64,000 nucleotides of DNA. It comes from Eledone cirrhosa (Eukaryota). Under the pieces are notes generated by a model, which did not search any database, was not told the origin of the DNA, and saw only the letters and a program-made list of their open reading frames with translations. Made by a program: the position numbers and the translations under genes. Below, one piece after another: positions 38,660-53,223 of this stretch; the stretch's first letter is position 1; every line of letters starts with the position of its first letter. Location of the stretch: assembly GCA_964016885.1 (NCBI GenBank), contig OZ024740.1, positions 66,216,001-66,280,000 of the forward strand. The letters run 5' to 3'.

Positions 38660-39605
38660 TATATGAACCGATTCTGCTGCCCGGTTGGTCTGAGAATGAC
38701 CCTTTTGTTCATCAATATTTTTGTTCTTACATATGTATATGGCACCCTCGTATGTCACACTTCATGAGGCTTTAACGAGTGAATATCATTTTCAAAGTGG
38801 ATACACATGATTTCTCAATTTATTTGTGGGAAATTAGAACAAATTTGAATGGGAATTTCATGATCTCAATAAATTTGATACCAGTCTGACCGAACAGAAA
38901 ATGTGTAATGTTATATGCATGAGCACATGTTAGGATTCTTTTAACAGCTTTCTCTATTTCAAACGATGTCTGCTTCAGATACGCCTGTTCAAGTGATGTT
39001 TTACAAGATTATATAAAACATATTTACCGAAGAACTACAGAATATAACGAGTTAATATACCATTATCACTGATAAAAACGTAAAAATCTATACAGATTGA
39101 CAAGTGTTCGTATTACATTTCAAACAACTAAAGAACTTTGATTGCTTCAATGGGTTAAGGATAATACTATTTATTTATTGAGAACATTTATTGAAATTTA
39201 ATCAATTAGTTCGGTGAAATCATACTCTATTGAATAGTCAAATACTTTTGATTTAACATAAATTTATGTAGAAGTTAAACATTAATATTTCTATTAAATA
39301 TTCAGTAAATATTTAAATTATAATACAATAAGGAATATCACTAACATTTATTCACTTTGTAATTAATAACCTTACAACAACAATCATTTTGGTGGAAAAA
39401 AAGCATTACACTATTGCTGAAATTTTAATTCAACATATTCATCCAGAACTTTTTCAATATCACACACATAATAATTAGTTCCGTATATTAAGTATATTTC
39501 TCACAGATTATCGTTGTTTCATATCGGGAATAGTAATGTATTAACTATAAATAATGTTATTTGTAGAGATAGAATTCTATTACTTCAAAGAGCGTAGGTG
39601 TGAAT

Positions 39606-39655
39606 GCGTCCTGATGATTTCTAATGATTGAAACAGTTCTAGTCCTGTAGAATCT
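39606..39655 (+). ncRNA. Hammerhead ribozyme (family C), intact core, weakened stems I and II
   Basis: CTGATGA-tttc taat gatt-GAA ACAG ttctagtc CTGT-A-gaa. Confidence 0.6.
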
Positions 39656-39667
39656 CATCTATATTAA

Positions 39668-39741
<74 letters not shown>

Positions 39742-39759
39742 TTAATACTATTGTTAATA

Positions 39760-39800
<41 letters not shown>

Positions 39801-39806
<6 letters not shown>

Positions 39807-40482
39807 CGTAAAATAAGAAAATTATAAAATTAACTTACTTACTAAAAGTTCACTCCCAACTGATTAGTTTCTGAAAGGGAATAAACATACTTTCCGAAGA
39901 AGTGTACAGAGAAGCCTTTCGTCATCGGGGAAGTCTATTCTCAGCTAAGTTTCCAGGCAATACGTGGACACTGGGAACTTATACAAAAATAATTCAGTGG
40001 ATAGAAAAAAGCAAAGCGTGGACTACATTCCTAGCCATTGATAAAATCTCTGCCTACTGCGTCGGTGGCAAATTCAAAAGAATCAATCACGTGACATCGA
40101 GGTCAATCAGTGGAAATTGGTTTGTTAAGAAGACAGCAGCCTGACTGTTACCATAGCAGCAGTCTTGGCCAATTTTGCTCGACAAATAATTTGGAGATAA
40201 TTATAAAGAATTAGTATATCTAGTAACATGATGACGAAAGGCTTCTCTGTACACTTCTTCGGAAAGTATGTTTATTCCCTTTCTGAAACTAATCAGTTGG
40301 GAGTGAAATTTTAGTAAGTAAGTTAATTGTATAATTTTCTTATTTTACGTCTCTCATATTATTGTTCGGCAACTCCATGCATTGAACCACAAAGTTACTA
40401 AGACAAAACCTATATATTTGCTAGCATAAGTATGCATCTGTGTGTATATATATGTTACTAGATATACTAATTCTTTATATAT
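39801..40482. mobile_element. Family B relative with inversion; HHR at 39852-39934 (minus) and 5'-clipped HHR at 40229-40304 (plus)
   Basis: Collinear with 21069-21530. 40229-40355 is the reverse complement of 39801-39927. Stem II is gaaagg/cctttc. Confidence 0.82.
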
Positions 40483-40485
40483 ATT

Positions 40486-40543
<58 letters not shown>

Positions 40544-40582
40544 AGAGTATTGAAGTTTGCTTGAAGCATTGTGGAATAATAA

Positions 40583-43500
40583 GGTAGATTTCTTTAAGTC
40601 GTTTGGAAGCCTCGACAATGCAGATGGGTAAATCTCCGGGTAACAAGATCCGGTGGTGGAGAGAGAGATGTAAGTGGATGTACGTTGAGATGCGTGGGTG
40701 TATAAGAGTGTAGCGTGTAGAGGAATGAAGGGAAGAGCGTAAAGGATAAAAATAAAATTAAAAATAACACGAGAAAAAGTTCCCTTAGGAGAGATTTAAT
40801 TGTCCATATATATTTCGGATTCACATCCATCAACTGGTGGTTTTTAAGGGAGGAGGGGGGAGGGGGGTCTGTCGGAAAGATGCGAAACGTGTCCTCCGCT
40901 GTTCGTTGTTTTGAATATCTGAGGTATTCAGCAGAGCGTGCGTGCGTGTGAAATTAGGTCGATCAGGCAGAGGTCAGCAGCCGAAGTAGTTCATTCAATT
41001 GTGGGAGTGGCGTGGTGCTAGCTGTCAGTCCATTCTCTGCCTGTTTGGTTAATGTTACTGTGTGTGTGCGTGTGTTGTTGTCTCGCTTGAGTGTGGGTGT
41101 GTGTGCGTGTGTGTGTTGCCTTATTCCTCTGTATTGGCAGTGTAGTATGTTCGTATGGTGGAATGCTACTGAGTGTGTGTGTCCGTGTGTTGCTGTCTCG
41201 CTTGTGTGTGTGTGCGTGTGTTGCTGCATCGTTTGTTAACTTAAACGAACCACCTCATTTCGCTTCTCTCGGATCGGTTGTTTAATTGTGGCCATAGCCG
41301 TTTCATCTAACGTGCTTCCTTGATACGTAACGTGCCGACGTTTCTTTCTGTCGCTAAAATTGTGATAATGGGCCTTCCGTCTTTGTTTCCGCATTTGGCT
41401 ATGTGTTTCCAGAAAGACGAGGCCCTGGTGTTAGTGTGTTCCTTGATCCGGATGTGCAACGGCCGGATTGTGCTACCTATATAGTATTGGTTGCACTTGT
41501 TACATTCTATCTTATACACGGCGTATGTGCGTAGGCAACAGTTCGCATGGCGCATCGGGCAGTATCTGAGGGAGCACGCGTCAGTAGATTTCCCGGGTTT
41601 CCTGGAGAGGCATCTTCGCAGGGAAGGGCCCGAATGGGCCAGGTGGATGTCGAGGCCCTCTCTCCGTATAGCCTTGCGAATAGCGTTGGTGGTATTCTCG
41701 CCCAGGTGTGGCATTTTAAGGAAGCACTTGCCTTGGGTGCCTCTCTGTCTCTGTGTCTGTGAGCGAGGTAGAGTAGCCGTTCGTCTCCAGCACCTCGAGG
41801 AATCACTTGGTATGAGTGGCAGCACTCGCGCCCGATCGCTGCATCTGTTTTTGATTCGCGCGATCTCGTTCGTGATGTATCCTCTTTTGGCACTGTTAGG
41901 GAGGGCGGACTTGTAGTGGACGAAGAGGTCCCTGCAGGCTGCCTTTCGGCAGAAGTTGCAGTGGATTCCTCCCTGTTCCCTGATGTTGATTCGGAAGTCG
42001 AGGAGGGCAAGTGACCCGTCGTCGTTGGGATGTTCAACACTGAAGTCAATGTTCTCGTCCGTGTTGTTGAACGTCTCATAGATTCTGTTCGCCATGTCTT
42101 GGGAAGATGTCCACGTACCTTGAGAAAATGGCGACGGCGTTGGGTTGGCAAGCGTTGAGTGCCTTCGCTCGAGGCTGTCCATGTAAGAGATCGCTAGCAC
42201 ACCCGACAGGCTTGATCCCATGGGCAGTCCCGAGGTTTGTTGGTATGTTTGATCAAGGAATCCGAAGTAGGTGTTGACGACGATGGATAGGAGTCGGTGG
42301 ATGTCAGCGGTGGTTAGCCCAAAGCAGTGTAGGTCGGTGGATTGGACGCGTTCCATCAATATATTGATGGCCGGGAGTGCCGGGAGTGCCTGGACCGAGG
42401 TGTAGAGAGCGACTACATCAAGGCTGAAGGCATATCTGTTATTTTTTCTGGTGTCGGGATTCATTTGATGCAGACGCTTCAACACTTCCTCGGAGCTGTT
42501 AACGTCTCCCGGCAAGGTGTCTAAGATGGGTTTGAATATTCTGGCTAGGAGCCATGACATTTTGTAGAGTTGTCCTTCCACGCTCAATACAATGGGCCTG
42601 ATCTTCAGGTCGTGTCCCTGTTTGTGTGTTTTCACGAGGTGGTAGAAGGCGGGTAGTCTGCTGTCCCTCGTGAGGAGGTTGTATCTCAGCTTCTTCGGGA
42701 GCTTCCGCCGGTCGCAGATGTTGGTCCAGGCGGCGTTGATGTGCTCTTCTATCTGCGCTGGAGTGATTCCCGTGACCTTGGAGTAGAGGTTGTCATCGTC
42801 CAGGTGTTGGAGGGCCAGGGTGTTGTAGGCCTCTCTACTGATGACGCAGAATTTTTTTCCCTTGTAGGAGGGGGGTAGATGAGATTCTTCGATTTTAGGT
42901 TGGAAACAGTGGTGAGTTGAGATTTGGTGAGGTTATGTGTTGTGCGTGTGTGTGTGTGTTTGTGAAGTATATCCGAGATGGAGTGTTTTAGCCTGATGAG
43001 TTTAGTGTCGAGTTCGTAGTTGGTGGGTGGGGGTGGAGTGGGTTGTCGGGGTGGTAAGTGGGGAACTTGGGGTGGGTTGCGTTGGTGCTGTTATTTTCTG
43101 TAGCGGTGTTGATGTCGGTCACCCATTTAAGTTGGTAAGCGGCTCGGCAAAAGTTGGCCTCGATGTTGCGTTTCAGTCTGTCGTCGAGTCGTTGTGAGAC
43201 GATGAACTTGGGTCCGAGGTGTAGGAGTTTCAGCTCGTCGCTCGTGAGAGTGCCGGTTTGGTCGGTGACCTTGTGCGTCGCATCGTTGAGGTGTGGCTCG
43301 GTTTTGGTGGATTCGGCGGTGGCGGTTGTTACGTTGTTGTTTTCCACGTGGTTCTGGTCCGTCAGTTCGTTAGTGTCGATGTTCTCGTTGTGGAATTTAG
43401 ACAAGATCCACTCATATTTCCGCTTGAGCCGTTTTTTCTCGTATTGGACTCTAGGGTTGTAGCACTGGTCGATTGCTTTAGTGATTTTCAGGAGCAAGTC

Positions 43501-44441
43501 GCCGGGTGTTATTGACAGTCGATGTATCCGCTCTGAGAGTGTCCGCTTCAAGGTGTCCGGATTAAGGAACACACTAACACCAGGACCTCGTCTTTCCGGA
43601 AACACATAGCCAAATGCGGAAACAAAGACGGAAGGCCCATTGTCACAATTCTAGCGACAGAAAGAAACGTCGGAATGTTACGTATCAAGGAAGCACTTTG
43701 GATCAAACGCCTAGGGCCACAATTAAACAACCGATCCGAGTGAAGCGAAATTAGGTGGTTGGTTTAAGTTAACAAACGAGGCAGCAACACACGCACACAC
43801 ACACACACAAACAGTAGCACTCCACCATACGAACATACTACACTGCCAATACAGAGGAACAAGGCAACAACACAGGCACACACACACACACTCACTCAAT
43901 CGAGACAACAGCACACGCACACACACATACACACACACACTCAAGCGAGACAACAACACACGCACACACACACACAATAACATTCACCAAACAGGCAGAG
44001 AATGGACTGACAGCAAGCGCCACCCCACTCCCACAATTAAAAGAACTACTTCGGCCGCTGACCTCTGCTTGGCCGACCCCATTTCACGCGTTAACACGCT
44101 CTGCTGAATACCTCAGATATTCAAAACAACGAACAGCGGAGGACACGTTTCACACCTTTCCGACAGACCCCCTCCCCCCGGAAAAAACCCAGTTGATATA
44201 TGAATCCGAAATATATAGGGACAATTAAATCTCTCCCAAGGTAACTTTTTCTCGTGTTATTTTTATTTTTATTTTTATCCTTTACGCTCTTCCCTTCATT
44301 CCTCTACACGCTACACTCTTATACACCCACGAATCTTAACGTACACCCACTTACATCTCTCTCTCCACCACCGGATCTTGTTACCCGGAGATTTACCCAT
44401 CTGCATTGTCGAGGCTTCCAAACGACTTAAAGAAATTTACC
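40583..44441 (-). mobile_element. Penelope-like retroelement with inverted pseudo-LTR
   Basis: 43548-44441 is an inverted copy of about 40583-41460 (end of the GIY-YIG domain plus 3' region). Confidence 0.92.
41307..43547 (-). pseudogene. Penelope RT plus GIY-YIG endonuclease, frameshifted
   Basis: LHLGPKF, KTHK...RPIV, FSLDVVALYT, YQQTSGLPMGSSLSG, VYKIECNKCNQYYIGST.RPL..RIKEH. The YxDD region is deleted. Confidence 0.92.
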
Positions 44442-44531
44442 ATATATATATATATATGAATATATATATTAATATTAATATATTAACAATTGTAATAAAT
44501 GGAAAATATCACTATAGCTATTATATTTACT

Positions 44532-44583
44532 TTATTATACATATTTCAAGGATACTAAATTTTAGCATGCTTTCATCAGATAA
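44532..44583 (-). ncRNA. Minimal type I hammerhead ribozyme downstream of the 45-46 kb Penelope-like fragment
   Basis: ttat-CTGATGA-aagcatgcta aaatt tagtatcctt-GAAAT atgt AT-A-ataa. Confidence 0.72.
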
Positions 44584-45399
44584 CATACGATATTTGATGT
44601 ATAAGATAGTGACATGCCCAAAGTATAAACCTCAGACGTCAACTTACAATGGGTATGTGAAATAGAACCTTAAAATTTCGTAGGATATATTTTAAAAGGG
44701 ATATATTAAACAGATAAAAAGACCGTTATTATAGACACTTGAACATTTTGAAAAATAGCGTAATTATATTGTTCATAAAGGGGCGTTCTATGGTGATTTA
44801 GTAATTAGTGGGTATATATATGCTTAAATATATATAACCGTCGACATTTTCGCGCATATATAGATATATTCGCGTATATAGATTAACATATAATATAAGA
44901 CGCAAGTCTTATATTTTAAAGTTAGGAAAAATATTTATGTTGGTTGTATAAATAAATTGTTGTAGGGTTGTATATTATAACATATACGTATATATGGTTA
45001 AACATATGGATATATAGTCATGTATATAACTAATTTTATGAATAAATGTATGAGAGATTTATCAATCTTTAATTTACATAAGTAAACATCAAGAGGGGAA
45101 AAACTCTTATTATTTATAACTTTTTATAAAGAATTTCATAAAATCATATTCTAAAAGTAATTTTTATAAAGGTATTTTTTATTTTGAATGAATATATATA
45201 TATGTTTATATCTAGTGGAACCTACATTTATATTTGTATATGGTTATATATAAGGTAAATAAGTGAATTATATATATAAGACAGATAGCTAATAATTTAA
45301 CTATAAATCTTGTGAAAATATTTAGAAATTCTGTGTAAACAAGAACTAAAAATACGTTTTTTAAAATTAATTATAGATCCTGCGTTAGTAATAATATGA

Positions 45400-46140
45400 A
45401 GGATTTCTTAATTATAGAAACGACCTATTTTCGAAATAGAGGAATTTTGGTAAGGTGATGCTCATTGATGTTTTGTTCAAGATATTGAATAATCAATATT
45501 TTTCTTGTTTAAAGACCAACTTAATTGTGATAGGTAAGTTCAGAATTGTTTATCTATTCGTTTAAATGTATGTTAATGGTTCTACCAATGTTCTTTAAAT
45601 TTTGATGAAGTCGCCTCTATATAATTATACAGTTTATCATTAGTTTTAGCAGTGTATTTATATACAAAATTTCTGTCGAGGCAGTTATTATATAACGGGC
45701 AAGAGAGAATGTTCTTACAATTACAATTTCTTATGTTGTTATTTGATAATATAGCTATATTATTCCGGTGTAACTTATTATTATTGCTAATGAATATAAT
45801 TTTTATTGTCGGGGGTTATTTCTATTTGGTTTGAGATGCCTATTATTAATTTTTGCTATATTTTGGGCTATGTTCATAGTAAGACAGTTTAATGGTGTGT
45901 CTATAAAAAAAATCTGGTGACATCTATAGGTTTTAGGAAAACATGTATCGAGAGCTCTGAAGAGCTGTTCTGCTAAACATGTTTTAATTCCTATGGATAT
46001 TAGTGGTGAGTACCAAATTATAGAGCGTGTTCTGGTATTTCTATGTGATTTTTTATTTTTGTTTTTATTATGGTTATTTAACATTTTTTATTATTGTAAA
46101 TTTTTAATTTTTCTTGTAGGGTGCTTCCTAACTGTTATGA
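45400..46140 (-). mobile_element. Penelope-like element fragment (linker plus GIY-YIG), decayed
   Basis: RSIIWYSP..IKT....LFRALDTCFPK. Homologous to the 25.6-26.3 kb fragment. Confidence 0.75.
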
Positions 46141-46199
46141 ACATAATTCTGTTGAATACTCATCAACAAAGCATATGACTCATTGTTTATATATATATT

Positions 46200-46247
<48 letters not shown>

Positions 46248-46358
46248 GGTATCGACAGTATGTTGCATGAAGAACTCGATGTAATCCATGTGTTGAAAAT
46301 GTTGTAGGTTAAGGTAAATCTCGTAAAACAATAAAACATTAAAAGGAGAACAGAGTCA

Positions 46359-46431
<73 letters not shown>

Positions 46432-46579
46432 TGAATGTATAGTATATTTAAAGTAGTGGTCTTCTAAATATGTTTAATTAAACATACGGTATATTGCCAA
46501 ATATACTATACATACATTCATGTATACATCGCTATTTTAGAGCACCAATCCTAATGTATATGTATATATATACCTTCCT

Positions 46580-46615
<36 letters not shown>

Positions 46616-46873
46616 AAAGAATAGAGGTGTAACACACAAGTTACTATATATTGGTAAACGGAATAGAAAATGCTGACAAATTGTTCACAGTTGAAAAATG
46701 GTTTAATTAGGAATAAAAGAGTATTAGTGATTGTATGGGTTAGTATTCAGTTGTGGTTTAAGTTTTTAAGTTTTTACCGGTTGCGCATTTCTAAATGCTT
46801 TTCAAAAATAATTTTGAGATATATTGTCCGTGCTGTTTGCTCTGATCTGATTAGTTTTAGGAATTCTACCTGT

Positions 46874-47097
46874 TTTTATGTTAAAAAAGTGGCTCCAGCG
46901 TTATTTTTGTGTTGCAAAAATGCTTGTGGTCACAACAATTTTGATTGATCGGTAGAGGTCATGTGAATGTAAAAAGTTGATTTTGCGCCAAGACTGTTTT
47001 TATGTTAAAAAAGTGGCTCCAGCAAAAATTCTTGGTCAAAACAATTTTGATTGGTCGGTAGAGGTCATGTGGATAAAAAATTGGTTTTGCGCCAAGA
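46874..47097. repeat. Two imperfect tandem units (about 100-125 bp)
   Basis: ttttatgttaaaaaagtggctccagc...tcggtagaggtcatgtg...ttttgcgccaaga occurs twice. Confidence 0.8.
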
Positions 47098-47135
47098 TTG
47101 AGAAATGACTCTTTCACAACAAATATGTGTGTGTA

Positions 47136-47170
<35 letters not shown>

Positions 47171-47210
47171 AGTAGTAGTAGTGGTAAGGTGTTCGATGCT
47201 GCGACAATGC

Positions 47211-47246
47211 CTTCTTCTTCTTCTTCTTCTTCTTCTTCTTCTTCTT

Positions 47247-47277
<31 letters not shown>

Positions 47278-47346
47278 TTCTTCTTCTTCTTCTTCTTCTT
47301 CTTCTTCTTCTTCTTCTTCTTCTTCTTCTTCTTCTTCTTCTTCTTC
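47211..47346. repeat. (CTT)n microsatellite
   Basis: Direct reading. Source of the poly-K, poly-S and poly-L ORFs. Confidence 0.95.
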
Positions 47347-50300
47347 CACGATCTACGCAATCAATTGCATAACGTTACTTCATATATCCTTCGCAACAAA
47401 CCCATGTCGGGCGCTTGTATTCGAGATAGGATTCTTTCTGACATTCCCCCAGATTCATGAACATATGGAAGATTTGGTACGAGTATCGAAATAAAGTCAA
47501 CGAGTTTGCTATTACACCTAATTCATTTTTTTGATGACTGAATCTTAAAGCCTGTTAATTACTGCACCAGCTTCTGCAATTTTTACATATCTCTTGAGTA
47601 TGTTGAATTTGATCTTAGAGTAGAAATAATATAAGTAAATATATCATGTAATATAATCTAAATTATTACGTCTTGTGATTTCCTCCACACTACAAACTGT
47701 TCATATGATATAGAAAAAGAGTTTCAAATTCATAAAAGTTTAAAACAAAAGTATGTCCAAACGCAGTTCCAATATCACCATGCGTTATGCAATATTACAA
47801 TTGTATTGCAAATACATTCAGGAATTCAGTTGACTTGTCCTATAATTAACTGCGATTCAGATTGGTTAAGAGGTAGGATTAGCATGCGATAGCATTTAGA
47901 AATTTAAACTGAACATTTTTCCGATAATTCCAAATGTAATATTGAAATGCTTAAAAAACATTAACATTTATTCCAACCAGAAAACAATTTTCCTATGAAT
48001 TTCTTTTCATTCTCTGTGATTGGTCGTAATACTATTTTTCATCTCCTTAATGTCCTACTCAATACAGTGTCTTTCCATCTTTTCTGATCAATTTTTTTCT
48101 CTTATTCTGTATTTCTTCTATTTCTTGCCTTTTAATCCTTTACTATTATATACTATTATAGCTTTGTTCCTCTTTTCTTCCAATCTATCAACGTTTTTGC
48201 TTAGCTAATATATTTGTCTCTTTTATTTTGCAGATATCAACATCAAAAATAACATTGGTAGGAAAATGCATTTATTTACTCAGTGCTGTTGTTGTTATTA
48301 GCATCATCATTACCATTACTCTTTCATTTTGATTTATTTCATTTTGTTTCGAGATAATACTATTTTGAATACCAAAAATGTCATTAGTTGCCTTTACAAT
48401 GTAATTTGAAGAAAAAATCGATACGAAATTGTTTTTAAAATCGGCTTGATTTCATTTATTCTAAAGGATTTAGCTTATAATCGATACTGATTTTTTATTT
48501 ATTAAAGAAAAACCGTGTATGAATGGATTACAGTAAGAAGAGAAACATTTTCTTTCTGTATAAATCCGTTCCAAACAAATACTTCTTACACAATTCAAAA
48601 CGATTGTGTAAGAATCTATAATGGTTCGTATGTGAGTTCATAGAAAAACGATAAGATTAATTAGAAGGCAAGTGTTCATTTGAGTGACGTTTTCCAAGGA
48701 ACGATGACAGCAGCGCAATAGTTATTATTTGTCTCACGGCACTAAGGGTCCTGACTCGATTTACGTTGCTCTATTTCACTCTGATATAATTAGTACAAGT
48801 GTGGACTGGAGGCTAAATCTTTGCTAACGGTGGCCTTGTATACTCAGTGAATCAACAGTCTTTGAATCCAGATAAGCTTCCTGTACTTCGAATCGATCGA
48901 AGCATGCAAACACGGGCGTAAAATAATAATTATGTAAAACGATTAACGTTATTATAATTGGAAGGCAAATTACACTAATAGAGTTTCTGATGCATTGATT
49001 AAAAGACCCAACTCTCAGAAGTTTAAATTTGGAAGTCAATTCAAGTTGAATGAATGTATTTCATTTCAAGTAGAACTTCATAATTGAGCTACCCTGTAGG
49101 CATCAAAACAGCATTAGATTAAAAGCCTCGAATAAGAAATTTTACTGAATGTCTCGGCATTCTATAAACTTCGTTTGATTAGTGATGTCGAAGGAACGTA
49201 TTCGTTAGTCACCTTTGATTCCAAAATATATTCATTTATCTCATAGAATTCTTTAACATGAATTAATACTTAGTTTATTATTATTATGAGTGGTGTAAGA
49301 AGGCGAAAAGAGTGAGGTGGGAGCTGCGAATTTCTGGATTAATGCCAAATATAGAAATAAATAGTATGTTATGGAAATAATTACTAGTATTAGTAGTGTG
49401 TATTTCTGTGTATGTATTTACACTTTTGGGCATGAAGACGATATCAATAACGGCATTCTGGGTGTGGATTTATGAAAACCAAATTCAATTTTTAATTGAG
49501 TTTTTATTCTATATTCGTCAGGTACTATCACCCCGCTATTGTGCATAGTTCTATGATGTAACACTTTTTGGGTGCTATTCTTTAAATTCTAATAACTTGT
49601 AATTTTGTGTGAAAGACAGTTTGCAAAAGATAATACGTTTATATGTCCACGAGAAAAAAAAAAGAAAACATATTTTAATTTCTAGCCGGGTCTATCGAGA
49701 ATTAAGAAAATGTGTTTCAAGAACTGGTGATAAATGAAAAATCGATACACATTGTAAATGAACTATCAACATATTTATTAACACTAGTATTGGAATGAAA
49801 TATGAATTAAATTCTTATCAACAAATAAAATGTCAGTGAGCTGAAATGTTAGCATGCTCGAGTACAATTTTTGTTGATATTTTATCATACATTTTCGCAA
49901 ATATTTTCTGTGTTTACTGAGATTCAGTTTACCAAATATTGGTCAATTGTAAGTTATTGAAATTATATTTGTTACATCATTGTAATGAAATGATTTTTGT
50001 TCAAAAGTTTTTGACATCAAAAATATATGAGTTGCTTTTTTAATGGAAATTAGGAACAATATGTTGCATACTATAGAAAACAATAATGTTCCGTAATACA
50101 ATATAGCTTCCTTTGTATAAAAGTGTCGGAGGCGTTGCTTAATTTAACAGATGATTCGCTAGCTTACAATGCTGAAATCAAAGCATTGAAAGTTATGGAA
50201 TGAATAAACACTTTGTGTTAAAAATAATGAATGATATATGTTTCTTCATTTCTTATAATTCTCCATCAATCACTTGCTGGCATTGTTAAAGAAAAATGTA

Positions 50301-50979
50301 GAAGATGTATTTATCATTGACAACAATCTAGACAGGTTTGATCTGTCTACATTCATCTCGATTTCTATACTTGCGAATCTTAGGCGTAATAACAAAATAA
50401 ATATAAGTACCAAAAAGTATTTTAATGGAAATAGCTGGCTTCCTTTAAGCCCAAAAGAAATCAACCATATGATCTTTTTAAGCCCAAAAGAAATCAACCA
50501 AATGATCTTTTTCTTATTGCTTTAGCATGGAGAAAAGTATATTCGCATCTGGTTCACTGTTTGTGGCTCTCATTCTCACTCCTTTCCAACAGTCTCTGAG
50601 TACCCTAAACTTAGTCAAGAGGGGTCTTCATTAAAGAATCACATTTCTGTCAATTACGATACCATCACTTACAGCATCGATTGCCGCAGGCGTATTGCGT
50701 TTTACTTTATGCATCAGCCAAACTAGAGCGTTAGGTATTGATGTTAAATATGGCGACGCATTAAGTGTACCACTAATAATTTTCTTAAGATTTTCAGAGG
50801 ATATGAATTTATATAAATCTGCCATTTTCAAGATGTTGTCTTATTTGTCATTATTTTGCTGGCTTCCAAGTAACACTGAAGTTAATAATTTACCATTGAC
50901 TCAACAGACCATATTTTTAATTTAGACTAAATGCTAAATTTAGGGATTTAACCGGACTCATTCCTTATATTTTGTACTT

Positions 50980-51040
50980 ATAAAGTACCAGTAATACGCT
51001 GAGTATTTGCTGGCCTTGTGCCACAAGTAGAAACAATTAC
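50980..51040 (+). mobile_element. SINE 3' fragment
   Basis: aaagtaccagtaat..ctg....ttgctggccttgtgcc..aagtagaaacaatta matches 2716-2773. Confidence 0.7.
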
Positions 51041-51139
51041 TCATATTTTGTCGAACTACCACGTTACATAAAAGTCAATACAATCATACACATAAGCACA
51101 CAAACATACCTGCAGGCATACACTCTCATACATACAAAC

Positions 51140-51173
<34 letters not shown>

Positions 51174-51329
51174 ATAATAATAAATTTGAAGACTAAAATC
51201 CAAAGAGGTCTCGATAAGGATAAATATATATCAAATATATAAGAACCGTAGAGCAAATATAGTAACATTTTTAATATAAATACTATTAAAATTACTTACT
51301 CTACGACTCCTAACCTTGCACATAACATC

Positions 51330-52830
51330 ACAGCTTCAAATTTAGCTAAACTACCTAGCCGTAGGAACACGTGCAACCCTGTAGTTAGTACTAACTGTAA
51401 TTGTAGGAATCGGGTTGATTGCCCCCTATCCGGGAAATGCCTCTCTAGTAACATTATCTACAAATGTAAGGTTGTAACACCCACGTCCCGTAGGGCCTAC
51501 ATAGGGTTAACCGCCAATAGATTCAAGCAGCGTCTTTACATGCATACCCATTCTTTTCGTTACCCTCTAAGAAAGGAATATGACGTCACTTTCAGCTTAT
51601 ATCTGGAGTCTAAAAGACAACCACACCCAATATAAGTTACACTGGGAGATCCTAGCTAGGGCTAGATCGTATAACGGAAATAAAAGACCATGTGACCTCT
51701 GCGCCGCTGAGGCCCTGGAAATACTCTACGCCACAGACAACATCTTAAACAAAAATCTGAGGCAATTTCGGCTTGTAAACATAAATTGCACAAAACTTTC
51801 CTGTATTACAGCCCCACGTTATACCCTAACGGATAGTTCGATCTATACGATTTTACGCCTCGATGTGGGAGCTATGTATATGTTTGTTTATACCTTTACT
51901 TATTTGCATAGGTAAGTATATATTATCCGTATCTTTTGTGAAGGTACGTATACCTTCGCGTACGTATATTTGAATGTTATGGCGTATACACTTTTTTATA
52001 TTTCTGGTACATATGTTTCGGCTATGTGTATACGGGAATTTTGCGCCTGTGTGAGTATGCAGGTTCGTACGTATGTAGGGCGTGTGTATATTTGTACTTC
52101 ATGTTTTGGTTGACTTACGTCTCCGAACATTCGTGTATTTACATGTAGGAACGTGTGTGCGCTTGTTATATACGTATTTATATATATATATACGTTTATA
52201 TAATAATTTATTTATTTGTAGACAGACTTACACACACACACATGTTTATATGTGCGTGGTTTTGTTTACCTATGGTAGTTTTTGCGTATGCTTGTGTATG
52301 TACGTATTTGTTGCGTGTTTGTATTTATTTATTTCTATTACTTCTGTATTGTATTTATTTACTTTGTTCTTAACTCTGTAGCGGAGATTCATTCGGTCTC
52401 ATAGGTAGAATTTAGTCTACGACTTCTGCTATACTATTTACGTGGTTTTGTCTTTGCGTGCTATTGTTCTCCACGCTCCACATATGACGTAGTATCTTCG
52501 TTTTTTTGTTCATTGCCAGAGAACGTCTCTATGCACCACCTAAGAGAACATTAGTCTACGACGTCTTTTATACCATAAACGTGGTTCTGTCTTTGCGCGA
52601 AATTGTTTTTCACCGCTTCTATTAATGACGTCTTATATTCGTTTTTTTCCCGTTCTTTGCCAGCGAACGTTTCCACGAACCAAAGTATCGTCTTCCTGTC
52701 TTCCTCCGGTTGCAACGTTTTTTGAAATATCCAGTTCTGCGTTTACAGATTGACTTTGTTAGTTACAGAAGATCCCGTTAAGGGTGAAAGCAGCGATTCT
52801 TTGCTTAAACTTTAATCTGTTATTTTAATA
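51330..52830 (+). mobile_element. Penelope-like element 3' fragment (GIY-YIG plus 3' region)
   Basis: CNCRNRVDCPLSGKCLSSNIIYKCKV...AYIGLTANRFKQRLYMH, LSAYIWSLK, CDLC. Terminal part repeated at 61900-61997 (minus). Confidence 0.85.
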
Positions 52831-53091
52831 AATATATATATATATATATTATTAAAATAATATATATATATATATGTATATGTAGATAATATATATATAT
52901 GTAGATAAATTTACCAAAATGTACGGTAGTGTCCAATCCGTATGAAGAACTCAATGTAATCCGAACATCATGAAAAGAGAAGATGTATTCAAACATTTTT
53001 TTTCCGATGAAAAATACAGGAAAACAGAGTCAAGATAAATTAATAAAAATAATGAATAAAAACAAAGAAACAGTTCCTTATATTAAAAAAT

Positions 53092-53223
53092 TCATCATTT
53101 TACGATCGTTTCTAGGATGTTTGTGTTGGTATGTTTATCATACAGATCTATGTAAAATGTTTACAAACTATCAGAGGGAATATACATACCTACACATATA
53201 TATGCTGTCTTCAGAAATAATGA
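53092..53223 (-). ncRNA. Type I hammerhead ribozyme with long stem II, downstream of the 54-kb GIY-YIG fragment
   Basis: cattattt-CTGAAGA-cagcat...(about 95 nt hairpin)...atccta-GAAAC gatc GT-A-aaatgatg. 8-bp stem I, palindrome ACGATCGT. Confidence 0.78.

Noticed and set aside
40800-40840. CAGTTGA-tggat gtga atcc-GAAATATATA in the Penelope repeat (also 44190 and a similar motif near 2130)
   Set aside because: Two core deviations and no consistent stem I. Could be a derived ribozyme but is not supportable by eye.
50526-50726. Frame containing NYDTITYSIDCRRRIAFYFMH, reminiscent of the pre-TM1 segment of Cys-loop receptors
   Set aside because: A stop codon follows immediately, with no TM1 or Cys-loop upstream. 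Likely chance. A tBLASTn or RNA-seq check would settle it.
52766-52805. CAGAAGA-tccc gttaa gggt-GAAAG (also about 61930-61965, minus)
   Set aside because: Position and stem II are suggestive, but both copies lack U4, a NUH site and stem I.
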